Of a stretch of DNA of 64,000 nt, positions 24,689-35,919 are shown piece by piece. The translations under genes were made by a program, and so were the position numbers. The stretch is from assembly GCA_965603825.1 (NCBI GenBank), contig CBFDEM010000002.1:620001-684000 (forward strand), given 5' to 3'. This DNA is from Blepharisma stoltei ATCC 30299 (lineage: Eukaryota > Protista > Ciliophora). The number at the start of each line of letters is the position of its first letter. Positions within the stretch are counted from its first letter, which is position 1. Under the pieces are notes generated by a model. It had not been told where the DNA came from and searched no databases. It saw nothing but the letters and a program-made list of their open reading frames with translations.

Positions 24689-27600
24689 ATGGAAGAAAGC
24701 CATTTAGAAGTAAGCAGAAAAAATGCTTTAGAGAACACATCCATAGAGATGTTTGAAAAAATTGAGTTTGAAACAGATGAACTTCTTAAGGCAGGAAATT
24801 CTCAAGAAGTTTCAAGATATTTAAGAAATATTTTAGCATTAAAAGAAAATTCATCCCATACCCCAGAAGCACTCCTATCAGCATCCAGATTAGTTGACAA
24901 AATCTCCAAGAAAGCTCTTTCATACATAAACGATCCCCACACATCTCTCCTAATCTTACGTAGTGCCAAGATAATCCTAAGTCAATATCCCAACATTTTA
25001 ATTTCAGAGCGCTGCAATTTATTAAACAACTTGGCATGCACATATCGACGATTAGGAAAGCTTCATTCAGCAAAGAAATATTTAGATCAAGCATTAGAAA
25101 TCTTAAAATATAACAGGCAAGCAGAAATTGATAAAGCATCCACACATCTTAACTGCTGTGCAGTTTTTTCTAATCTTAATCGGCACAGAGAAGCTTTAGA
25201 TCATGCTATGGTAGCAGTCCAATATGCACAGGATGATATGATTAATATAATTAGTGATGCGCCTGGCCCTGATATCATCCACAAAATTTCTGTATTGTCG
25301 ATTTCCTATTATAATATTGCTGTTGAAAATGAATATTTGAAAAGATTTGATGAGGCTTGTGAATGATATACAAAGGCGATTAAATTTTTGCAAAAACATC
25401 AGGAAAATAAAAACTTGAAGGAAATCTTGGATACGTGTATGGAGAATTATAATGAAATAAAAGATTCATCGACGTCTAGAGTCTTGCAGAGACCCTTTAG
25501 TACAAATGAAAATTCAAGGCTGAGGCCAGTTTCTGCTAAGTCTGCTACATCTTCTGCGTCTAGAAAAATCGTTGCAAGAGAGCAAGCATATAAGCCACCC
25601 TTAAAGCATCCTAAGCCTATTCCAATAAAAACGACTCTGCAAGCTGCTCCTTTTGATGCAAGATTCCCTTTAGAAGGCAAACAAATTACATTTGACCAGC
25701 TTAAAGCTAAAATAGAATACGAAAAAAAATTCAAAATTCCTAATATAAATGATAAAAACCCAAAAAATTTGTTTGATAGCAAAACTGAGAAAAAAATAAA
25801 AGCAATTTTTACCACGGACGAAAGCAGAAAAGCATTTAAAGAAAGGCCCAAAAGTTCAAAGCCAAATGATAGAATTATAAACAGTCCATACAGACCCTCT
25901 ATGATTAAAACAAATATGAGCTTTGAAAATAATCCTGTAAAGTCACGAATATCATCTATGATAAATTCCAGCCCTGCAAGAACTAAATCAAGCCCTTTAA
26001 AAGAAAATGAATCAAGGCACAGAATTGTAATTGAGGAACAAAAAAATGTTAGAGAGAAAATATCTAAGCCAATTAGGCATGATATTACGCTTGGCTTGGA
26101 ATTTGAATCTTTTTCAAATATTACTTTGAATGATTCCCATAATACTGAAATTTCCTTACCAAAATCTTACTCGCGAAATGAAATAAATAAAGATGAGCTC
26201 TTAAAACAATCTGTAGTAAAAATTCAAGCATTATTTAGGGGGAAAAGAGATCGGCTTCTTGCGAAATTATATAAAAAAAGCGCTGAAAAATCAAAGTATA
26301 TATATAAAACTGGCAGGAGAATTGGAGGAGAATATTATATGATTTTGATAATGAAAGCAGAATATGATTATAAATTGTCAGTTACTAAAATAGGGGAAAT
26401 TGATAAAGTATCTGAATTTTCAATTAGCAGCTCTCAGGCAGAAAACCCTGATGAGCTTATAAGCCATTTACAAGTAGATGAGTGTGGAAAGTTGTATATT
26501 GGCCTAAACACCAATAATTATTTTGAACATATACACAGAGCCGCAAAAAATGTTTCTGGAAAGGATCTTGTTATTGACTGCTATTCCAGCCGCTCTGGAG
26601 ATTCAATGCTTTTAAAAGCCAAGGATATGAGAACTTCTAAGAATTTTTCCTTAAAAGTCGCAAAACAAACCCCAAGATCTCCATCAAAAATTACAAGGCA
26701 GCTGAAAGAATCAATTATCCCAAATCTGATTATTCATAAAGAAGATTTGGAGTTTTATGATGCAGCTTCACTTCCTAAGCAAAATCATTTTAATCTGCTT
26801 TTAGCGAGACCAGTTCTGCTAAACTCTGAAAAACGCCAAATGACAATATTTACCTCACCAAATCATTTGAAAATTATATGTGAAAATAATGATAAGCAAG
26901 AAGAAATAATTATAGAAAAAGATGAAATTGCAAAAATTTTGAATATTGAGAAAAAAGATATAGAGGCAAATGCAGAAAAATTGTTAGAAATGATAGAAAA
27001 GAACAATGATTTAACTTTTTTAACAGCAAACACTGCACTAGAAACAAAAGCATCAGAAGAAAAGATTCCACACCAATTTGAAGGATTTGTTTTAGAAGAT
27101 AAACCAATGGGCTTATCTGCTGTCCCAGAAAATGCACCTACAAAATTCATAAAATCATTATGAAGAAATTTAGATGGAATTAATTATTTGTTAGAAGCAA
27201 TACAAGAGGATGAATTTATTTTACTGAAGGCTACATATGTAAATGATAAATCAAAATTAATTTCAAAGCAATACTCAAAAGCTGAAATACATGAAAATTA
27301 TGGGACTTCAGTTATGCTAGAAGAGCTGTTAAACACTCTCCAAGTAAAAAATGGAGAAATTTATCTTAAGTTTGAAAATAATAGTGTACAGGAGACCACT
27401 GATGTTCTATTATACCTTACAACTCGATATATAGATGATAAAGATTTTCTAATAAAAATAATATTAGAAAGAAATTTAGAAAATCCTTCAGATTCTGATA
27501 CAATAAGGATTGAATTATTTCAAAAAAAATCGTTTTTCAATAAATGCTATGTTGGACTTAAAGAAGTATCTGATATATTATGCTTATCATACGAGAATTT

Positions 27601-28057
27601 AAAAGATATCGCTATATATATAGCGTGATCAATGTTAAAACTAGATGGCCAAAATATTCAAATAAATAAAGATGCACCTCATTATGACCTTGAGCGTTGT
27701 GCTACAATGATTCAATCTTTATTCAAAGGATATTTAATAAGAAGTATTTTTAGTCCATTGCTAAAAAAAGCTGGCAGCCCAGCTACAGTTAAAAAGAATA
27801 TGGTCATAACAGGCGATAATTTAACTTATAGCGTAGAAATCATTCAGTATCCCAAATTCATATTTATTCAGGCAACAAATAAGCAGCTAAGTTTGAAATT
27901 ATTTTTGAAAATCGAAATTCTTAATGGCTATCCAGATGATTTTGGGCCTAAAGATATAATTGAGCAACACATAATTCCAAGGCTTCATATTAGTTTGAAA
28001 AATGGTCAAAAAGAGCTGCATGGTATCAAAGATTTTGAGATGATAATGTCTAAATAG
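24689..28057 (+). CDS. 1122-aa TPR + IQ-motif protein
   Basis: Four ORFs in one frame joined by TGA at 25364, 27161, 27626; TPRs (NNLACTYRRLG, YYNIAVE); IQ motifs IQALFRG and IQSLFKGY. Confidence 0.85.
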
Positions 28058-28405
28058 ATTTCTAATAAAAATTATATTTAATGTGCATTTATGTTAAAAT
28101 AATTTATTTATTTAAAAAACAGAAAATAATAATAAATATCCTCATGTTGTGGTTAAAGAATAAGATATTTATTTCAGCATATTAGATGTAAAGCTTAAAA
28201 ATAATGATAATGATGAAATTCTAACAGCCCCTTTCACTTTTATTAATATTCCACTATATCTTGCATTCAAACCATAGTGCTAAAGTTCAACTGAAATCCC
28301 AAAGCTGACATCGAAGCATCATATCCTTAAAGCGGTCTATAGGCCATTTTATTTAAATTTTAATCATATATATATTGATTTTTACAAATTATTGCCTCAA
28401 GAATT

Positions 28406-29410
28406 TTAATGCACATCGCTCAATAAAGGCTGGATTAATACTTCATCTGGGCTAACCTCATATAAATTTTCTGGCAGGATTGGGATTCCAATAAAGAGTG
28501 AGATTTCGCTTTCTATTGCTGGGTTTAATATCATTAAAGGACGACTTACTAAGCTTTCTTTGACATTTTTATAGCGATGTTGTGAAAGTCTAGCTTCATA
28601 AATTGGGAGAACTGAGCGGTAGTTTAGGCGAGTATGGGTTTCTTGATAATAAAGATCTCCTCTATTTTTTGATCTAAATAAAAAACAAATGCAAAGAATT
28701 GATAAAAATTCGCAAATCTCGCTGAATAATTTTGTACTTGTTTCATACGGCAATACATTAACCGCACCTTTGTAGCTTGAAAAGATCAAAAATGAGGGTA
28801 TAAAATGAGATGCGAAATGAAAAGTTACAAATCCTATATAATTTCTAAGTATTTTTAATTTCTGAATTACAATAGATGCCAAATCCCTCATATCAGAAAT
28901 CTGCAAGAGTTCATATCTTAATTTCAGGCATTTTGTCGTATAAAATGCAAATTTCAATACGAAATATCCGCAAGTCGCTAGAAAAATAAAAAACAAAGGA
29001 AACATTACAATTTCATCTATTGAATACACACTGAACCAAGCGTAAATTATAACCATTATCAGGACTGTTACTGACAGCTCTTTTTTACTGAGCGAGGTTT
29101 TATAAAGCCCAAATCCTTGACTGATCAAAAGGAAAACCGGGTATAAGATTGCGTTGAAGAGCACATATGTCGATGTATGGCAGAACCAAAAGTAGTAAGT
29201 ATTATGAGGCTCTACAAGTGCAATGATTACTTGGAAAAGACAGTGCATAAATTTAAATAAAATCATGAATGTCATTAATTTTTGCAAAAATGTGCTGTGA
29301 TCTTTGTTTCAGAAATAGGTATTCAGAAGTCAAGTCACAAAAAATGAAAATCAAAGTGAGCTCAGCAAGCACTTAAAGTCAAGATCTACGGAGTTCGGAT
29401 CGAAAGCCAT
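28406..29410 (-). CDS. Multi-pass (about 7 TM) membrane protein, possibly GPR107/TMEM87-like
   Basis: ATG29410 in frame via three TGA=Trp (LWFSFFVTWLLNTYFW); series of hydrophobic helices; family assignment tentative. Confidence 0.7.
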
Positions 29411-29580
29411 ATTATTTATTTTAATGAAATTAATGCTTTAAGTTTTATTTTTGTAATTTTTATGATTATTTTAAATTTAATTTGGAATGCTTATTTTTTA
29501 TAGCCAAATCTTAGATAATATACTGTCTTTCGATATATAAGCATTAGGTTGCATCAGCAGTAGACTTCTAAGATTAATAC

Positions 29581-30012
29581 TTAGATTTTCCTTTTCTTCT
29601 TTATTTCCTCTTCCTCTTCATTTTCCTTTTCCTTTTCCTCTTCTTCTTCTTCTTCTTCCTCTTCATCTTCCTCCTCTTCACTTTCCTCTTCAAGACCTTT
29701 TATAAAATCATCTAAGGAATCAAAATTTTCTTTTAAAATTTCACATCCTCCGAAACTATCTCCATAAAAATAGATGTGCCCATATCTTTCACAGCTGCCT
29801 GTAGAAAATCTATCTTGATCATGTATTCATTCCAAAATTCTCGCTTTTTTTCTATTAATTACTTCCTCATTGTAATCTTCACACAACAAACTAATAAAAT
29901 AATCATCCAGTTCATTCTCATCCATTTTGCAAGCGCTTAGTAATGTTATCTCTTTATTTGCTTGTGAAGTGCAGCAGCCATCAATGATTTTAAATTCTAT
30001 TAGGATTTTCAT
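29581..30012 (-). CDS. Hypothetical protein with poly-Glu tail ending in KKKRK
   Basis: ORF continues through TGA at 29827 to TAA 29581; GAA/GAG low-complexity tract about 29600-29690. Confidence 0.6.
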
Positions 30013-30169
30013 TTTATTATTTAACTATTTTTACCATTTTAAACAATTAAAACTTGATATTCCTGATAATTATCAACCAACAGGACTAAATATAAATTCT
30101 AGCAGATATCTCAGCTAAGACTCTAAAACCAGTAAAATAGCTTGGAGTGTTAAGTATATGCAGCTCTAA

Positions 30170-30473
30170 AAACATCTATTAAATCAAATCTTGTGTTTGA
30201 ATCTTATGTCCTCAAACTTCATCAAAATCTCCAAAAGCATAAGACTTCCCACAAATTCCGCAATACAACAGAAAATTCATCTCTTGTATGAATTCATCCA
30301 AAATTTCTTCTTTGTTTTTATCGATCTTATCTATAATTTTGACACAATAAACCAATGAAATAATTGTCTAGGTTCTTTGCATCTATTATTCGCTTTTTCT
30401 TTAATCATAACTCCTAACGCTACTGTGAAGTGCAGCAACAATAATAAGTTTCAAATTCTATTATCGTTTTCAT
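30170..30473 (-). pseudogene. Decayed tandem paralog of 29581-30012
   Basis: MKTIIEF..CCTSQ and LDNYFIGLLCQNY match MKILIEF..CCTSQ and LDDYFISLLCEDY but with several TAG/TAA; upstream flank also duplicated (about 30060-30170 vs 30530-30640). Confidence 0.7.
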
Positions 30474-30702
30474 TTTATATCATCTTTATACAACTAATAA
30501 AACTTTCTTTTGCCTAACTTGAATTATTCTTTATGATTATCTACCAACAGAATTTAAATATAAATTCTAATAGATATTCCAAATTAAAAGCTCTAAAATC
30601 ATTAAAAATTTTTGAGAGTCTTAAGCATATTCAGTGCCAAAATAACGGACATTCTAAATTAAAATAAAAACGTAAAGGATTATTTATTGGCATGCAAATA
30701 AT

Positions 30703-31140
30703 ATGTCGGAAGAAGGTGTAGACTATTTTACTTTGTTTAAAGAAGTTTTTGATCCTAAAAACAGAGGATTCATAGTTCCAGCTGAAATTGAGGCTTCATT
30801 AATTGCCAATGGATACTTAGATGAGAAAAACTCAGTTATGGACTTGATAGGTTATCTAGATGCTGACGAAAATGGGCGAATTGGTGTTGAAGAAGTTGAA
30901 GCTTTACTTCACCCAGACTTCGTCAAGCTAGAAGAGCCTAGCAATATCGAAGATGTGTTTGTTAACTTTGACAAAGACGAAGACCAGCTAATTTCAGTTG
31001 ACGACTTAAGAACTACCAGTGAATCGCTCGGCTTTCCTTTAAGTTACCGTCAAGCAGTCCTCATGATCCAAGCGTTCGATTCTGACAATGATGGAAAAGT
31101 CAACCTTCAAGAATTTTCATCAATATTCCAGACAGCTTAA
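30703..31140 (+). CDS. Four-EF-hand centrin/calmodulin-like protein
   Basis: EF loops DPKNRGFI, DADENGRI, DKDEDQLI, DSDNDGKV. Confidence 0.85.
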   Translation: MSEEGVDYFTLFKEVFDPKNRGFIVPAEIEASLIANGYLDEKNSVMDLIGYLDADENGRIGVEEVEALLHPDFVKLEEPSNIEDVFVNFDKDEDQLISVDDLRTTSESLGFPLSYRQAVLMIQAFDSDNDGKVNLQEFSSIFQTA

Positions 31141-31165
31141 TAACCTTAAATTCAAATTATTATGA

Positions 31166-32072
31166 CTAATACTCATTAATTCGATCTAAAGTAATTCTGC
31201 CGAGTTTTCCTTCTCTGAAATGCTTTATTACAGCTTTGCATAAGGCTTGGTCGTCCCAGTGATATTTTTTTTGCAAATGCAAAAGCACTTCTTCTAATAC
31301 ATCAGTAGGCCCAGGGAGATCATATTTTTTAACATAATCAAACATTCTGTGTTTATTTAAACAAAACAATAAGTAATCGCAGATCACGTCAGCTCCTACA
31401 ACATCATCTCTGATTGCCCCTATTAAAGCAAGTCTTATAGCTTTTTCTGCATTGTCAAGCCTTGGGAGCATAATTCCAGGTGTGTCAATTACATATAGCA
31501 AAGGATTCATGCTTACTTTAAACCCTTGGACACCTCTAGTAACACATGGCTCAGGACCTGTTGTGGCTACTTCCTCTAAATAAAAAATCACTGTTTGAAT
31601 TAAAAGCTTTAGATTTTCTCCTCAATGAGTTAATTATCGAGCTTTTCCCCACATTAGGGACACCTCCTATCATCATCCAGCTTCCTACAGTTTTGAACTT
31701 TGGAGGCACAATTTTCTTTACAGCGTCCAAAATAAGATTAATATTCTGATTAGTCGCTGCCGAAAAAAGCAGAACTTTATCACACTCATCTTTGATTTTT
31801 TCAGCCAATTGGTTTGTATAGGTGACTGAGCAGAGATCCATCTTGTTTAAAATCACGATTTTTGGCTTGTCGATTGCGTTTTTGGATATAAAAGTGTTAG
31901 ATGAGGAATATGGGATCTAATTTGAAATTACTCTGGCGTCTCTTACTTCGATGAAAACGTCGCATTTTTTAATTTTTTTAAGCATTTCGTCGGTGGCTTT
32001 TTTCATATGTCCAGGAAACCAGTTGATTTTTGGGATGGGGAAATGACTTCTGAATTGGGAAGTCATTGACAT
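31166..32072 (-). CDS. MTG1: Mitochondrial ribosome-biogenesis GTPase, RbgA/YlqF family
   Basis: NWFPGHM, EVRDAR|IP, NKMD, GVPNVGKSS, DTPG, GKLGRITLD; needs introns 31917-31931 and 31576-31591; start 32072 or 32066. Confidence 0.9.
31576..31591 (-). other. 16-nt intron gtgattttttatttag
   Basis: Removal joins two out-of-frame ORFs into ...FNSNKEVATTGPEPCVTR. Confidence 0.85.
31917..31931 (-). other. 15-nt intron gtaatttcaaattag
   Basis: Restores conserved RDARIP; contains in-frame TAG. Confidence 0.9.
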
Positions 32073-32100
32073 TTTAATAATTAAAAAATTAATAAATTTA

Positions 32101-33369
32101 CTATACCTCTATGTTGCAGTCTTTTGGTGCTGTTTGTTTAAGCATAATTCGGTCTTCGCCTTGGAAATTGTTGTCAGCGAGATTAAGAGTTTTCAGCTTT
32201 TTGAGGCCAACTAAAATTGACGCTAGAGCTCTAGCGCTTTCTGTGCTTAAATTATTGTTAGATAGTCTTAATGATCGTAGCTCTGCCATACTCTTTATTG
32301 CTGCAGCTATAAACTTGGTCCCTTCATTCCCTATCTTATTATTCGACAAATCTATATTTTTCAATCCACTTATATCTTTTATTCCAGAAGCAATACTTTT
32401 AGCGCCTTGTGCCCCAAGGGCGTTTTTCGAGATACACAACTTTTGTAGATTTTTTAAGCTTGAAAGCCCTGATGCAATTTTTTTAGCTCCTTCAACGCCA
32501 AGCTCAGTGTCTGTAAGTCTCAATGATTTGATTTTATTGTACTTTGGTAGTACAGCTGCTAGCTGTTTTGCGCCATCCTTGCCTAGGCTTACTTTATTCA
32601 ATTTAATTTCATTGATTGTATGGTGTCTTTCAGCTAAAACATCATCAAAAAGCTGCTTTATTTTTTCATTCATTCCTGCGCCATTTTCTCTTAAAAATTC
32701 TATAAGTTTTACATTTGACTGTAAAGGTTGTAAGGTAATTTGAAAAGTTAAGGAGCCTTCTAGTGAAATATTTTTTTCTCTTACTGTACATTTGCTATTA
32801 ACAAGATTCAATGCATCCATATTAGGGGCATCAAGAACTTTGGCGAGGACTACATTTCCTCTTTCAATGTCTCCATTTGCCGGAGTTTTATCGCATTCAA
32901 CTATTGCTTCATGTATGGAGCTTTGCTTTGCTCCGCACTCGCGGTTTAAAATTTCTTTTGCTTTGTCGTGCTCTCCTACAATGTGCTGGATAATTCTCGC
33001 AGCTTGATTTGATAATTGTGAAATTATACCTTCCTTGAAATGCCTAAGCTTTCGAAGTTCTTCAGTCATTCGATACTTTAGCGCTTCTTTTTCCTCAATT
33101 AACTTTTGTTCTTCTTCTGGAGTCCTAGTTGGCTTTTTTGGAGCTGCTGGCTTCTTCTTGCCTCCTTTTTTGGTTCCTTTTAGCGCACGGCGGGTTTTGT
33201 TGAACTCTAACTGAATCTTCTCCAGATCTGGATCACCAATTAAGACTAGTTTATGTGGGCCTGTAGTTTTTTTTTGATGGTTTGGGACGCATGCTTTGCA
33301 AAGCTTTATGTCTTGGCAGAAACAGATAAACTCAGCCTTTTGTTGACAGTCTATGCATACGCTTTCCAT
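32101..33369 (-). CDS. B-box-like zinc finger + RNI-type leucine-rich repeat protein
   Basis: CIDC..C.C...CKAC..H N-terminus; 28-aa LRRs (LxLsnNxLGxEGAKxIA). Confidence 0.85.
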   Translation of the reverse strand: MESVCIDCQQKAEFICFCQDIKLCKACVPNHQKKTTGPHKLVLIGDPDLEKIQLEFNKTRRALKGTKKGGKKKPAAPKKPTRTPEEEQKLIEEKEALKYRMTEELRKLRHFKEGIISQLSNQAARIIQHIVGEHDKAKEILNRECGAKQSSIHEAIVECDKTPANGDIERGNVVLAKVLDAPNMDALNLVNSKCTVREKNISLEGSLTFQITLQPLQSNVKLIEFLRENGAGMNEKIKQLFDDVLAERHHTINEIKLNKVSLGKDGAKQLAAVLPKYNKIKSLRLTDTELGVEGAKKIASGLSSLKNLQKLCISKNALGAQGAKSIASGIKDISGLKNIDLSNNKIGNEGTKFIAAAIKSMAELRSLRLSNNNLSTESARALASILVGLKKLKTLNLADNNFQGEDRIMLKQTAPKDCNIEV

Positions 33370-33723
33370 ATAATTAGATTATTACTCAATTAATTACGTA
33401 ATGGAGAAGAATCCACCATTTATTTTAATCCTTCTATTTAACTGAAACACTGTATTTGTGTGATCCATGATTTTGCTTTAATTTGTGTATTCTCATTTTT
33501 TAAAATTTTATGCACTTTCTTAATTATCTCAAAAAATTTGTAATCTAGAATTCTCTTAAGTAAGTAAAAGGCTTTGAATGTTCTGCTAGCAAAATTAATA
33601 TTAATTAAGTGATTTTTGTATTTATGATGCTTAAAAAATGGTAAAATAGCTCAAGATACCAGAACCTAAGCTTTGCTATCATGGTTTAGCTTTCATTTTA
33701 ATTCCATCATATTCTTAATTAAG

Positions 33724-34116
33724 ATGGATGCTTTTCTAGGTGAAATTTCAGATAAACTTCGTACAGAAATTGAAGCAATCAGCACCGAAGTAGAGCCTGA
33801 ATTAAAACAAGTCATCGTGAGAAGCTATACCTGTATGGCAGACTGCTATAAATCCCCAGATCCACTCAGCCATTGTGGAAATTGTGCAGACAGATGCAAT
33901 TTACTCGTAAAAGAGCCTCAAGAAGAACTAGAAAAGCACATCCACTACGTCCAAAATACCTTCCAGAACTGCATGCAAGGCTGCGGGCTTAAAATAAATA
34001 AATCCGATAACCAAGAAATCAAGACCTGCATTTTCAATTGCTCAAATGACGCTTTCAAATTGCTGGGTGATGTCAAAAAATCAGCCAAAGAAATAATAAG
34101 AAAATATCTTGATTAA
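33724..34116 (+). CDS. FAM136A/DUF842-like twin-CX3C protein
   Basis: Four CX3C motifs (CMADC, CADRC, CMQGC, CIFNC) in a small helical protein; ATG33724. Confidence 0.7.
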   Translation: MDAFLGEISDKLRTEIEAISTEVEPELKQVIVRSYTCMADCYKSPDPLSHCGNCADRCNLLVKEPQEELEKHIHYVQNTFQNCMQGCGLKINKSDNQEIKTCIFNCSNDAFKLLGDVKKSAKEIIRKYLD

Positions 34117-34132
34117 AAACTTAATATAATTT

Positions 34133-34426
34133 ATGGCGGAACATACCCTTCCCAACGCATCTATCAATAAAATCCTCAAAAAAATCCTCCCAGAAGGAAA
34201 CAAAGTTGCAAAGGATGCAAAAGATTCAATTAACCGAGCCAGCGTTGTATTTTTACTATATATCACTACAATTGCAAACGAAATTTCACTAGAAAATAAA
34301 GGGAAAAAGAAAAAGGCGCAAATTATGCCTGAGCATATAATTCAAGCTTTAGAAGAAATGGAGTTCAGAAATATAGCCCAAGCAGTCAAAGGGATGAGTC
34401 CTGCACCAATAAAGAGAAAAGCGTAA
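34133..34426 (+). CDS. H2B-type histone-fold protein (POLE3/Dpb4/NF-YB-like)
   Basis: LPNASINKILK..LP...VAKDAK..INRASVVFLLYIT...HIIQALEEMEF. Confidence 0.85.
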   Translation: MAEHTLPNASINKILKKILPEGNKVAKDAKDSINRASVVFLLYITTIANEISLENKGKKKKAQIMPEHIIQALEEMEFRNIAQAVKGMSPAPIKRKA

Positions 34427-34452
34427 ATTAATATTACTATAAACGATAATAA

Positions 34453-35910
34453 ATGGAAAACAGTGACGATTGGGTTACCTGCTTTTTGTGTGACACTGCG
34501 AGAATTAATCTTCAAAATGATGGCTATCATGAATTTCAGTCTCACAAGATCTGCAACTCCTGCATGATATCGTTACAAGAAAGCGGAAGCATCAAAGGCC
34601 AAGCAAATTTAAGCCCGTCTGACTGTACGATCCCTCAAGACCCTGAAATCATTGATAAGTCATTTCCAGTTTGCAATAACCACAGCATAAAGTGTAAACT
34701 ATTTTGTTCTAAATGCATTGAAGCTATTTGTATTAGCTGTTTAAAGCAGCATAAGTTTCATCTAATTGAAAGCTCGGCAGAACTTGCCAGAACCTTTCTA
34801 AAAGCACTCCACCAGTTGGAATTTTGTGCTTATTACTGCGAAGTAAACTCGACTGATGAAGAGTCCAACAATGCAGCCCAAGCCTTAAAACAAGAAGTTA
34901 TCCAGACCTATAACAGAGTAAAAGACCAAGCTGCAAACTCCATTGCAAAAGAGCTGTCAATTTCTTGCCAAAAATATGACGAAACTTTAGAAGGGTTAAA
35001 TTCAGACTTTTTAGGCTTATCATTGGATGAAAAATATAAGCTTGTAAGAGAAGGAAGACAAGTGTATACGAATACAAACCTGTTGCATTGGATAGAGTGA
35101 AATGATAGGACTGTGCATATGCTAGACTTAGCTACTATGACGAGATCTACACATATGTTTGCTGATGATTTTATCGCACCTTATTATGTGAGGTCTGCTA
35201 TGGTGGCCCCAACTAAAATTTTCATGTGTGGAGGAAGATTTGATGTAACATCGCTTGGATTGAGATCAGCCTGGCTTGTGCATATTGATCAAAACTATAA
35301 AGTGGAGCAGCTTTGTGATATGTTTATAGGAAGATCAAATCATTGGGTACTCTACCATAATGATTTTGTATATGTGATTGCCGGGTGTGACTCAAATAAC
35401 GAATTCACTAATAAATGTGAAAGAATGAACCTCAGGACAAGACAGTGGGAAATGATAGCAAGCACTAATGAAATTCGAGATACAAGCACAGCAATTGTAA
35501 AAGACGAAAATATCTATATTTTCGGAGGGAGATCAGAAAGCACAAAACTAGCTAAAACTATTGAAAAATATATAGTTGAAAAAAATTCATGGATTGTTTT
35601 GAACTTTATCATGCCATTTGAAACAAGTGTACAAGGCGCTGTCTTGCTCCCAGGAGAAAGCAGAGAAATTTTAATCTTTGCAGGACAAGATTCAGGTGGA
35701 AAACCTCTTAATAGAGTTGCAAAAGTTAATTTGGAGACTGAGAGTGCATATGAGATGAATCCAATGCCATCGAAAGGAGGATGTGTAGTCAACGAAGTCT
35801 TGGTGTTTGGAAACAAGGTTTATTCTTATATATTTAAAGGCTATAACGCAAGAACATTAGAAACTTGGGACCTCACCACAGAAGAGTGGAAAACTGAAGC
35901 TCAAAGCTAA
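34453..35910 (+). CDS. B-box + Kelch-repeat protein
   Basis: CNNH...FCSKC..AICISCLKQHKFH B-box; TGA=Trp at 35098 joins it to the Kelch ORF 35113-35910. Confidence 0.85.
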
Positions 35911-35919
35911 TTAACGAAT

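Noticed and set aside
32111-32743. 210-aa plus-strand ORF, and similar antisense ORFs such as 48877-49449, 25447-25851 and 55860-56222
   Set aside because: Antisense shadows of clear genes on the opposite strand, with Ser/Phe/Leu-rich composition and no motifs.
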